Shown piece after piece: positions 45,541-60,077 of a stretch of 64,000 bases of DNA (its first letter is position 1; every line of letters begins with the position of its first letter). The notes below the pieces were generated by a model. The model searched no databases. It was not told the DNA's origin and was given only the letters and a program-made list of their open reading frames with translations. Position numbers and translations under genes: made by a program. Origin of the DNA: Paraspadella gotoi (taxonomy: Eukaryota; Animalia; Chaetognatha); the NCBI GenBank assembly GCA_051294375.1, contig CM119264.1:5383962-5447961 (forward strand). Reading direction: 5' to 3'.

Positions 45541-47355
45541 ATGAGAGTTTTCTCGTTGTTTCTATTGGCAACCGGCGTCGTTTTCGTCGCAGCCAACGGA
45601 AACGACTACTTTAGCGACGAACTTGTCAAGGAACAATTTCTGTTGTATCACAACTTGCTGCGGATGAGACATGTGAACACGCCGTGCATGAAATGGGATG
45701 CAAAAATGGCGCAACAGGTAATTTAGATACGATTAGTGATCTTGTACAGTCGGTAACAGTGCATTGTGTTAATACAACATCTTTGAACCTATTGCGTTCC
45801 AGGGTTCTAGCCTATGTTCGGATCCTGAGTTGATGAGGCCCAGTTAACTTCTCTATCACTCAGCGAAAGCGTTAAGATTTAAAAGCGTCTTAATAAAAAT
45901 AAGTGCCATTAAATGATTAAATGAATATTTTGTTTTATTTTTCTAGGCTAAGTCTTACAGCGAAAAATTGGCCGAGAAAGAAAGTCTGGTACACGCCAGT
46001 TCATCGGAGCGAAATGGAAATGGCGAGAATCTTGCCTTTGTTATGAATACGGATGAAAAAAAACTTGTCCTCTCAGTGAAGGATTTTTGTCAGAACTGGT
46101 ACAACGAGATCGTAGATTGTAAGTTCGTATTAAAATTTTTATTTTTAATGTTTTACTTATTCAAAAATATTTTGAGGTGTAATTGTAGGATAAAGAAGAC
46201 GTTTTATTTGTTTATTGAATTGAAACATAAAAGAACTGTTATCGTTTTTAGATACGTCGTAATACTTTAGAAATATTCGAAATAAAGTACAATATAAATA
46301 TAGTTCCTTTGATTTCTCTTTCCAGACGATTTTGCCATTCGTTCAGGTAAAGAAATGTATAGAGTGTTCTTTTTTTCTTGATTACGATCGTAATATAACC
46401 TCATTTAATTTATTGTAGGATACACAACCGGACATTTCACTCAAATGGTTTGGAAGAATTCAGTTACTTTGGGCTGCGGGGTCACCAGAAAGGGACTCAT
46501 GGTGTTTGGCGTGTGTAGGCAAGTCGTGTAAAAAAGTCTTAAAATAGAACATTATGGTGGACTAAAATCCACCAACCGTTCATCAGCGGCCATTGGTGCC
46601 GGAGGCAAGTCATTCGCCTCCCAACCCAAAGGTCCGGGGTTCGAGCCCGGTGGTCGCCTAGCAGTTTAGAGGGACGGGGCGCTTAACCCGCCTGTAACTC
46701 GGTGTTACAGCCTGATCCGAAGCTTAGGGACTGCTTATATTGAACGGTTCTGTCACAAACACATAATAATAATAATTACTGTCTCTTCAACATTGAGACG
46801 GAGTACAATTCCGTGATCAGATTATTTGAAAACGTTAACGCAATGCAATGACGATAATTGCCTAAAATTTAATTAATAATACTTAACTTTATAAGGTATT
46901 CCCCTGCGGGAAACTTTGTTAATCAGCATTTCAGCAATGTTGGAAATCGAAAATATTCGCCAAGGTAACATTATGATAATATGATATCGTACCACTGACA
47001 AAGGCTATATATTCATGATTTTCTCAATTTATCCTTTCGTTTGTCAGTCAAGAGCCAATCCAATTCGAAGATTGGGCCAAGAATGAGGTAAGAATAATAT
47101 ATGGTTTAAAGCGTTTTGGTTTAAATTTTAAATCTTAATTGGTAGTAGAAAAAAAAAATTAGTGTCGTTAAACTTATTTGATTGTGTTACTAATTTCCTT
47201 AGGTGGACATCAAATCCTGCCGACAGTCAGAAAAATCAGGAACGCTGTCTTGCACCCAGTCCGAGGACCAATGTCCTTTCACTTGCATATATCGGAAAAT
47301 GGTGGGATATTGCCAGTTGTCCGCAAAAGAAAGCAGGAGAAAAAGAAGATGGTAG
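45541..47355 (+). CDS. Secreted CAP/SCP (PR-1/venom allergen-like) protein, ~243 aa; exons 45541-45717, 45947-46118, 46326-46346, 46419-46518, 46896-46964, 47048-47087, 47203-47355
   Basis: Signal peptide MRVFSLFLLATGVVFVAA. CAP motifs HNLLRMRH, KWDAKMAQQAKSYS, GENLA, WYNEIVDYDF, TGHFTQMVWKNSVTLGCG and VCRYSPAGN, followed by a Cys-containing C-terminal exon. Confidence 0.9.
46554..46788 (+). mobile_element. ~230 bp tRNA(Gly)-containing dispersed repeat, copy 3, in CAP intron 4
   Basis: Reverse complement of 3142-3368 and 3551-3784. tRNA-like segment at 46586-46657; AACATT flanks both sides (46548-46553, 46789-46794). Confidence 0.85.
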
Positions 47356-47901
47356 AAAAAAATGGAAAAGCAGTAGTAAAAAAATGTTTAGCACTTGTGT
47401 GTTTCTCTTATAATTAGATTAATTATTCATCTATTTGGCTGAATGATCTTTATTTTTGCCAACGTAGTATTTGCTGACTAAGAAAAAACTTTAAAAAACA
47501 ATTTGCCGATACATTGATTATTATGAAATATATACATACAATGCTCATTTTGATGTAGCAAAGGCAACTACTTTGTTTTCTCTGCGCGCTTTGAAGAAAA
47601 ATATTTGAATACTTTGTGTTTGATTTTATTCTCAAGCACACCTGTTAAAATCATTGCATTTGATAATTATTTGTAGGCTAAGAACACTCTTGGAAAGGTA
47701 TAAAATGCATTTTTGTTAACTGCTTTGGTCAAATTATTTAATAAAACTTATTTTGAATCTAAAATATTATTAATGATATCATTATTTAAGTAAATTAGTT
47801 ACAAACCCCAACCTAACTAACCAACACTAACCTAATAGTAAGTTACATATATTTCGATTTTAAACAACTGTCTTAAACCATTACGGAAGTTTGACTCTCT
47901 A

Positions 47902-47955
<54 letters not shown>

Positions 47956-49171
47956 CATAACGTCTTCCCTATCTCCCTCATGACCCAGATATGCGACGAG
48001 CAGATAAATTGTACGTTCGAATCGAATGAGTAACATCAGACTTGGATCTAGCAGAGTCGGCAAAGTCGGCAAAGTCGGCAGAGTCGCCTTAGAGGGCGTC
48101 GAAGGATTTTGATTGATGAGAGGGATTTTGACGAAAAGAAAATCCCAAAGCTGAATGAACACTGGACAGAGAGGGGAGAGAGGCATTAGGAAGGCATTTG
48201 AAGGGCATTGGGGTATTGGCTTGAATTGACGGTAGTTCACGTATCTCGGCGATCGAAAGAGTTTGCGTTCAAATTGCGAGGAGACGTAAAATTATTATCA
48301 TCGGTTGTGAATTGTAGTTCACGTGCGCATATTTTTTTTTTTTTTTGGTGAAACAAAAAAGTCGTTGGTCAATATCTTAAGACAAGTTGCTAGTAATCGC
48401 ATTGAGCGAACAATGATTGTATCAAACACATGAAGAGGAAACCACAACCACAACAACAACGATAACGACCACAACAACAACGACGACGAACGTAATTAAA
48501 ACATCTGAATTAACGATTTTCTTTTTCTTTTTTCTCGCAGAACATTTAACGATCTATTCCGCTGTCCACTCGTCTTCACCGACAACAAACTTACCTCTGC
48601 CTCGAAAAATAATCCAACGATTCGCACGCTTACTGCATGCGATACCTCCGTGATTCGCACGCAATCGGCCGGGAATTGACACAAGGTGCAATCCACGTCG
48701 CGCGAATCTTGACCTCTCATAACATCCCTACTCCCCCCAAGAAAAAAAACAAAACAAAGTGAAACAAAAAAACAGAAACTCGAAAATAGGAAATTCGGCG
48801 ACGAACGCGCGAGAGGAAGAGAGCGTACGGAACGCGTGAAACGCCTCACGATTCCAACGGTGAGTTTGTTACGGGGGGGGGGAGTTAGTGGGGTAATTGG
48901 TAATTGAGTGAAAAATAGATATAGTATTAGTAATTCCAAGTCTTTGATCCGAGTTGATTCATCATTGCTTTTTTTACTACTACCGCAAATTGTACATAAC
49001 GAGTAGGAAAATACGTAATCAGCCGTGAATGATTTGTATCCCTTTTGCTTTTACCAGTTTTCCAAATTACCGTCAGGTAATAATTAAAACCATCACAACA
49101 CTTGACTTTTAAGTTGATAATCGGATAATCGGACTTCGCAATGGGAAAAAGATGATTGAGTGTGAGACGAT

Positions 49172-49277
<106 letters not shown>

Positions 49278-49942
49278 AAATATATTAATATAAACCAGCG
49301 ACGTTTTTAAGAGGAAAAAAAGAAGTCTCTTTTCCCCCACAAAAAAAAAAGATTTGAAATCGATTTCTCACTCGACGGGGACTCTCGTGTTTTCCGCTTC
49401 AGACTCACACCTTAATAGTTCACATCGGATTCTTTTCCGCCAAAAATTTCCATTCGTCATGCGTCGACGGAGGTGGAGGGGTGGGGGTGGGGGAGTGGGT
49501 AGTATTGGTTTGGGGGTGGGGTAAGGGTAAGTGAATAGTTAGGGAAGGAGGGAAGTTTCGAAGGATGAGGAGTTTGAATGCAAAAGGACAAGGAAATATA
49601 GGGCAGTTGTCACCAGGAAAATGACTAATGGGCATGTTATGGGCCCGTGGAAATGACCATTATGACTCGACCAAGAAAAAAGGACTTTTCGCAAAGAAGG
49701 ATTTTATTACATGTGGTATGAAATTGGTATCAACAAAAGAAAAATTATTCATTATATAAAATAAATAAGCTCAGTCACAAGATAATAATAAAACATTTAA
49801 TCAAAACACTCTCACGGTTCACTTTAATCAGTGAGTATAATAAAAATATTTTTTTTACAACTGTGTCAACATGAAAAAAAAAACCAAAAAGTTATGACTG
49901 TCTAGCGTCTACTTTCCTGATGTTGTCCTTCTTTTTTCAGCC

Positions 49943-51724
<1,782 letters not shown>

Positions 51725-53076
51725 TGATGACTGAACTAGGGAGGAAGAAGGGAGGATATTAAAAAAGGGAAGATGGGGTGAGGGATGAAAGATAAAAAGT
51801 CGATGGAAGAAGGGAGGTATTAACAGAGAAATATTTGAATGAGGGGAAATGCGAAAAAAATAGGGTTAGAATAGGATGCGATTTATAGATAAAACTCTTT
51901 AGACACGAATGTTTAAGACGTTGAGATAAAAGTATTATCAAAGATGTGTCTCCAACTTATAAAAATCTGATTTGGACGGAGCAACTGAAATTTTGTTAAG
52001 ATTTGAAAAATGAACAAGAAACAGAATCTTTCTCTCTCTTAATTTCTTTATTCTTTTTTCTACTTGCTGATAATCTCCATTGAACCCTTTGAAGCCGAAC
52101 AATTGTGTTGAAAAGAAGAGAGAGAGAGGGNNNNNNNNNNNNNNNNNNNNNNNNNAGCTGCTTAAACATGACGAAATGCAGCCTAAAATACGACAGCTGC
52201 AGTTATTAATTTTGGTAATTAGCTAAGCGTCTGCGGTAACTATATTCTCTACTTCTTCCAAGTGGTAGCGGGCAAAAGCTAACTAAAAAAACAAAAAAAA
52301 ACAAAAAAAAACACGAAAATAAAAAAGACCAACGCCAAAGAACACTTGCAATTGCCGCTAAGAGCCGCACGCGTTAGAAAAAAGCTGCACAACCGCCACA
52401 AGCGACCGGGAAACAAACACTTCGAAGGGAAAAAACCATAAAAACTTAATTGAGTATATATAAGTGATAACATTGACTGGCCGGAGAGACCGGGGAGAGA
52501 GCAGAGAGCAGAGAGAGAGAACGCAGGAAGAGAGAGAGAGAGCGAAGCCACGAATAAGCGCCCATAGGAAGACGAACCACCGGAAAAAAACTAGGAAGGA
52601 AGAAAACCGGCTAGCGAAGGAAAGGGAAAACTGGAGTCAACCTTATGGTGAGTCTCCGGACTTTAGTGTAGACTAATATCAGAAACCAAATAATCTGCTT
52701 CGACGTCAGCCCCCCTAAATTTTTTGTAGCTGTTTGTTACGAAAATGTCTTAGCATATTTGGCGAGCTGACGTTGATCAGTAGGGTGAAGTGAAAGTTTG
52801 GACTCAAATATATAGAAGTTTATATCTTGAATAGCTACCATATATAGTGAATACTGAATCTGTAGTTATTTTTTTTTTACAATATATTTATAAGTGCCCA
52901 GTCAGCTTTATTTTGGTATATCCCAGTACTACCCTTAATATAATGTAAAAATTTCAATATAATGTGATTATATATAATGATATTTGAGAAGCAGATATTC
53001 AAATTTACGTAAAGAAAGTTTATAAAAAGAGATAGCATTTCCATTTCATTTATGTTGGTCTTAGGATATAGATAGA

Positions 53077-53165
53077 AATAAGGTTTTGGAGTTTATTTGC
53101 AACAACGATTTATTAGTATTACTAATAAAATCGTTGTTGCACGAATAAACTCCCAAATCTTATTT
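53077..53165. repeat. Near-perfect palindrome, ~43 bp arms
   Basis: AAATAAGGTTTTGGAGTTTATTTGCAACAACGATTTATTAGTA / TTACTAATAAAATCGTTGTTGCACGAATAAACTCCCAAATCTTATTT. Confidence 0.85.
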
Positions 53166-56100
53166 AACTAATAAAAATAAATATAAATATTTATAAAAAT
53201 CTATGTCATTAAAAGTAGGGTTAAATGTTTATAATATGTTTTATAATTTTCATTTTATATATATCATATATTATCATTTACATCACGTCTATTGATTAGG
53301 GATTATTAAAGATACTAGACGAAAAATTGAATTGGATAGATTCAGATGCACAGAAGTCCGCTGCTTATTAAAGTTAAAAAAAAAATAAATTATGGAAACC
53401 AAAACATTTTAAAGTAATCTAGTGATAATGTTTTAAATTAAATACATACATTTGAATTGTGCAAGAGATTCATTGCGCAAGACCTCGATTGTGGGAAAAA
53501 AAGATTATAGCAGACGAGCATCTTATTGGCGCAAGAAGCGACGTCTAACTGCGCTGCCGTTAAAAAATCCAAATCGATTCGCGGAGGCCAGAGCAAATCG
53601 ACCTGCGCAATGAACCTAGACTTGCCAAATCAGCTGGTTGTCCCAACATCATTGTATTGCTGTTCTACAAAACATTTGCGACGACATCTATATTCATGGA
53701 TAAGATTAGATAGATGGAAGATTTAAATGACAATTTTTTCTTATCTTAAGCAATACGCATATATCATAACAGAGTGGACTGATTATAGTACAATTAACAC
53801 AGCAATTCGGCAGTACGGACGTCCAAGTGTCTGATAGCAGGCTTATTTCAAAACACGCTCTAAAGCATCACTCAGACGCTTCATCAAAGACTTAAACAAA
53901 AGTCGACACAGTTTGAGGGTCAAAACCCAAACATCTCAAAATCAACTAATCTACTCTGCAGTCGCCGGAGAAAAAAAACCTCGTCCGGAAAATCTCGTTC
54001 GAAACTAATTTCGAGATAATTCCTCGAATCATCCCAGAGAAATTTCAACTTCTTTTCACGACGATGGGTCCCGACAATCGGTGCGTTCCACCTCCTCCAC
54101 CCATTACCTTTCCCTTACTTTTTTTCCCTTTCATTTCCTTTTTTCCTTCCCCTTCCCCTCGCCCCTCCTTCTCCTCGGGGCGAATGAGAAACGACACTTA
54201 TTTTGATTTTCCTCGCCTGGGAACGATAAAACGGAGTGACTCAAAGACTTCATCATTTCTTCATTCAGCTTTGTTATGCATCTAAATACCAAGCACTTTA
54301 AAGTAATGGCATATTCGGAGAGAGGGAGAGCCTGCCCGGCCCGGCCCGGCCCGGCATGCCTGCCGCTTCGCCCGACCAGACCGACGATTCGGGAAGCAAA
54401 TCGAGTAAAGAAAAAAGAGAGAGTTTCCTCTCTCTCTAGTCATCTCTCTCATATCTCTCCTCTCTCTCTCTCTCTCCTCGTCTCTATTCTCCTCTCTCCT
54501 TCTCTCTTCTCTCTCTCTCTCTCCCCCTTTCTTTCCTCCAACAATATCCGCACGTCCGCAACGCTCGGGGCCATAATTGAATGCTGTGTAAGCAGAAACA
54601 ACCTCCGCACCGTTCTCTCTCTCTCTCTCTCATATAATGCTCTCTCTCTCTCTGCCTCTTCTCTTCTCTCTCGCCTCTCTCTCTCTCTCGTCTCTCTCTC
54701 TCTATTTCTTTCTCACAGAAAAAAACATTTTCCCGATAATAAGGCATATCTATTTGGTAGTTAGGATGAGGCATGTGTTATGTATAAGAGCCGATAGTAT
54801 GAGTTATAGATTTTCAAACAAATCAGTTTTGAAATGATAGATAAAATCAGAGTTAATGATATTTAGCAATTCCGCAATCTCAGTATGCTGTTTACTTAAT
54901 TTCCACCGTCGTTGCCGATTTATCGAGACGGATTACTACTTTTTCGCGTGATGGAAATTTCGGGCCGTAGCCTCCAGGGCGCGGCTGCATGAAAATTAAA
55001 CGAGGCTGGAGACGCGGCCGTCCTGGAGAATGAAGATTTAGGGAGGTAGAAGATGGTAACAGATATATTTGAAAAGTTGAATTATGAAAACGCCGGTTGG
55101 TTGAATTTCTGTGAATAGTATTCCATAATTCCAGAACTTTTAATGTCTCAGCTTCGCCTAATATAATAGTTATTATTTATATATATTTCCGCCTTTGTTA
55201 GAGCCAACTCGTCAATGGGTGGGTAGAAGTTGATTGGAACCTTTCAAAGAAACTTCATACATTTCTGAATATAGAGACTATTCAATGGGCAAAATTTTTC
55301 TAGAAATGCTAAGAAGCATTAGTAAATTAATTTTTTAATATTCTCATTTTTAGATAGGAAATGTCAAAAAATTTTTTGTAATTTTTTATTTTTAAAGCAG
55401 ATTCAAATAGCTTATGAAAAAGTTATACAAGATATAAATTCTTTTTTCAAATATTTTGTATGATAAGTGGGTTTAAATTGAGAAAAACCTTAAACATCAC
55501 ATCATCATCATCATCCGATGAATTTTGCGAGTTTTTATTAACTTTTAGTGAATAAAACATCAAATTTAAAAGTCTGTAATTACATTTTTTGCTTATTATA
55601 TACTCTATCAGAATATTAAAAAAACTTAAAAATATCCAAAAAAATTTTTGACATTATATAGCAATATAATAATATAATTAGCGAATTACTCATGGTTCGG
55701 AACATTTTTGCAAAAAAAATATTTTAACACAATAATTAATACAATATGATTAGCTTTAATAGCTGTTGCCCATTAACAATTTGAAATTGTCCGGCCATAA
55801 CTGCTAACCCCTTTGTGGATTAATCTAAGTTTTCTTAAAATATATTTTCATTTTCGTCAGCTGTTCACCGGGTGTTTATTGTCAGCCGAAGCGAAAACGC
55901 CCCGCGCCCTCTTCAGACCTTCCGGTCTAAGATTAGTCATAATCAGGAATGATCCAGTTGAATAAGAGGAAACGTCGGCTTAGATCTTAAAATATATATC
56001 TTCTTAGCAAAAGGTAACATCCGTCAATATACGATTACAGAAAATGCGTTTGTGGTCGACGAAATTGTCGGTTGATGTCGGTTGTTATAAAATTAAAAGA

Positions 56101-57535
56101 ATTGCAAAATGATATTAGAAAGAGAGAGAAAGAGATTGGTTAAGATGAGCGGATTAAATTCTTTAAGATAAATTAAACTTTGTCGAGGGCGATTAAATTC
56201 CTCTTTCTCTCTCTCTCCTCTCTCTCTCTCTCTAATCTCATTCTCTCTCTTCTTCTCCAATACCTCATCCTCCCTCTCTCTCTGCTCTCTCTTGTTCCGT
56301 GAGCGTTTTCGCTTCGGCTGACATAAACAGGTGAACAGCTAACGAAAAATGAAGATATATTTTTATCCACAATGGCGGAATAATAAAAGAAAGTCATTTA
56401 ATAGGCGAGCTGAGACATTAAAAGGTCTTGGCATTCAATGGGAATACTATCACAGATTCACCAACCGCGTTTTCAATTCAATTTTCAAAAACTTTACCAT
56501 CTCTACCTCCGTAAATCTCTTCTTCATNNNNNNNNNNNNNNNNNNNNNNNNNNNNNNNNNNNNNNNNNNNNNNNNNNNNNNNNNNNNNNNNNNNNNNNNN
56601 NNNNNNNNNNNNNNNNNNNNNNNNNNNNNNNNNNNNNNNNNNNNNNNNNNNNNNNNNNNNNNNNNNNNNNNNNNNNNNNNNNNNNNNNNNNNNNNNNNNN
56701 NNNNNNNNNNNNNNNNNNNNNNNNNNNNNNNNNNNNNNNNNNNNNNNNNNNNNNNNNNNNNNNNNNNNNNNNNNAATATCATTAAACTCGTTACTTATCT
56801 ATCAGTTTAAAACTGATTTGTTAAAATCTAACCATTATCGCTAATTACACATGCCTCATCCTAACTACAAATAGAATGCTTATTATCGGAAAATGTTTTT
56901 TTCTGGAGAAATTGTTCGCCGCTTCAAAGGGTTCAATGGAGATTATAGACAAGTTAGAAAAAGAATAAAGAAATTAAAGAGAGAGAAGAGTTGCTGTTTC
57001 ATTGTTCATTTTCAATCTCTTAACAAAAATTTCAGTTGCTTCCGTCCAAATCAAGAATTTTTATAAAGTTGAGACACATCTTTGATAATACTTTTATTTC
57101 AAACGTCTTAAACATCCCATTCGTGTCTAAAGAGTTTTTCTATACATCAGCATCCCTATTCTAACCCGAAATTTTTTTCGCATTTTCCCCTGCATTCAAA
57201 TATTCTCTGTTAATAGACCTTCCTTTTCCATCGACTTTTTATCTTTCCATCCCTCACCCATCTTCCCTTTTTTAATATCCTCCGTTCTTCCTCCCTAGTT
57301 CAGTCATCATCACTCATTCGCGGTAAAACGCATCAGAAACGACCTGAAAAAGAAAAGAAAGAACAAAGGAAAGGAAAAGAGAAGAAGAAGGACAAGAAAG
57401 AGAGGTTCCGGGTCGAAAAGAAGAGATCGCTTGCCTATTCTCTTCTTTTTCCTCACATTAATGCGTGTTCACCTGCGGCCGGTCTTTCTCTTTATTTCTA
57501 TTTCTTTCGCGGCGACCTCTCTGGTCTATTCTCTC

Positions 57536-57578
<43 letters not shown>

Positions 57579-57589
57579 TCTCTTCTCTC

Positions 57590-57676
<87 letters not shown>

Positions 57677-57767
57677 TCTCTCTCTCTCTCTCTCTCCCTC
57701 TCCCTCTCTCTCTCTCTCTTCTCTCTTCGCCTTTGAATTTGACGTTTTCGGAGAGATTTTCTAAGAC

Positions 57768-60077
57768 TAGTGTATCAGTGGATTCAGTTTTCAAAAAACG
57801 TTCACACAAGTGCCACACATATATATACTTTAATTTAAAAACCTTTTATTCGATTTTGAAATTCTCAAATTGAGAGGATCCGGTCGATTTTATCTGCTCC
57901 TAAATTATGCAAAATTAGCTTACGATCGAATTTGGTCACGAAACGATGACGCTCTTTATTCGCGTAATTTTAAACGTTTTATTATTTTAATATTAATAAA
58001 TAATTTGAATTTATTACGTTTTAGAATATATTTTTAAATATAAATAATTTATGGTATTTATATAATATAAATAAGACAAAATGCAATTAAATGAGATTTG
58101 AAATGCTTCTTTTCTTACCAAAAATGAAGAATCAAAGATTTTTTGCATAAATTAAAAATATTAACTATTATTGCTTGTTAAGTCCTGTATTACATATAAT
58201 ATAATATAATTGTATATAAATTGTATAACATTTCATTCGTTGTAAGTCTACTACTTATACGTGCTTTAAAATAGGTAAAATATGTGAAAAACTGAATAAC
58301 AAAGATTAAATAACCAATTAAAAGTAAAATTTAAAAAAAAATATTAATACTAATATTAATATTAGTTATTTCAATAATTTAAATATAATGATTAAAAAAT
58401 TATTTAAAAATTACTGCAAGAAGAATTTAAAATTATTTTAAAATATAATGAAATATTTTTCTATATTTTTAAAGAATTTTTGTCAACTAGGTGTCATAGG
58501 ATGTACCCACGTAGGAATACGTGGAGTACGTGGGCGGAATACTATGGTGCAATTGTATGTGGCCCAATGCTACATGGGTGCAATTCCTAGGGGCGCAATA
58601 TTTATGGGTCCAATATTAACGTGCGGCCACAATCACTTGTACCACCGTTTATACATTAGAGGATAAGTGAAAAGGATCCATTCAATATCATAATCAATGA
58701 TTTAAGATATATGTTTGAAATGATCAGAAAGAAAATTAAATACGATCTAATTAATATTACTAAATTTTGGAATGCAAATACATAGATTGGAGATTGTAGA
58801 TTGACGATTGGATCCTTTTTGTGTTGAGCAACATTGAACCGGGACTCATTTTTTGATATGGCTATAAATACTGTCTCTATTAATTTGTTATTTTAGGATC
58901 ATAATCAAAACCTATCTTCATTTAGTAAAAGAACAGAGAATTTTGTGAGAGGGAAAACTTAACTTCCAAGATTTTAAAGAATGCTTTTGTTTTATTAAGT
59001 TTTTAATCAAAACATGTCAATAGTTATAAAATAATCGAACCTATTGTAGCTGTAATATGATTAGATTCTTGTTAATTCTCAATCAACAAATGAAAAATGA
59101 GTAACCAAATTTATGATTAAACGAATATGATTAATTGATAAATTTTAATTGTTAACAACACGATGGAAGGCTACAATTTAGTTGAAATGTCCATTTTATG
59201 TAAAACATATGTCGTTATTGTTAACCATTAAAAGTTTATTATTTCGTCTCTAAATAAGACACAAATAAAATAATAATACAAGACTTAAAACTAAAAAAAA
59301 TCCGAGATAATTTTTTATATTGAAAAGAAAATTTTGGACTATGGATGCTCGAAACCCTCATTCAATCCTTAATTATTGGCCTCATTAATAGTTTAAAAAG
59401 GAACTATAGTACATAGGAAAAAGACTTATGAAATAATATAATGTTTAGAAGAGGGGATTAAAATTGTAATCAAATCAATCCGTTTTAAGATTATGTTTAT
59501 TGTATAATATTGTCATTGTTAAAATTCATCTTTAGTAAATATATTCATAATGTTATTGTATTATCATTTTTACTAGTATAGATCATATTTATATTATTTC
59601 TCTTTAAATATTGTTCAGAACTGAATTTCAGGTACAGCAAAACAAAAATAGCGATTAATTTCTAAAATGTTTCTATAAAAAAAACAGAAAAACTATTAAA
59701 AATTCACAACATGCAGCTACTAAAACTTATAAAATTATTAACATTATGAAATTATTATAAAACATAAGAAATATTTTTTAAATACATATGTATTAAAAAC
59801 TAAACTCATCGTCGATTTCACAGGGAAGAGAGATGCTCTTTTTATGAAAAATTCGCGATATCCGCCAGGTTCGCTTAGGTACTCTATTGTCTTTTGGACC
59901 TTGCTACCGGTCTTAACATAAAAATACTAAATGGACGTATTCGATCTCGGGATCTCTTATTTCGATGCATTTAAACTAAATATGTTTTGTGTACGGAAAA
60001 TTAGTTTATTATACTTGTGCTGATTAAGTGGCAAACGTTTTATGAACTCGATGTACTTATATTATAACTTTTGGGTG
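57768..60077 (-). mobile_element. ~2.3 kb AT-rich insertion present only in the inverted copy
   Basis: Interrupts the duplicated sequence at the host site GCTGTCTTAGAAATCTC (51088-51104). On the minus strand it begins TC and ends CTAG; TCT(T)AGA is seen at both junctions. Confidence 0.55.

Noticed and set aside
46586-46657. Functional tRNA-Gly(CCC) gene
   Set aside because: Anticodon stem has two C-C mismatches, the T arm is out of register, and it is embedded in a dispersed repeat.
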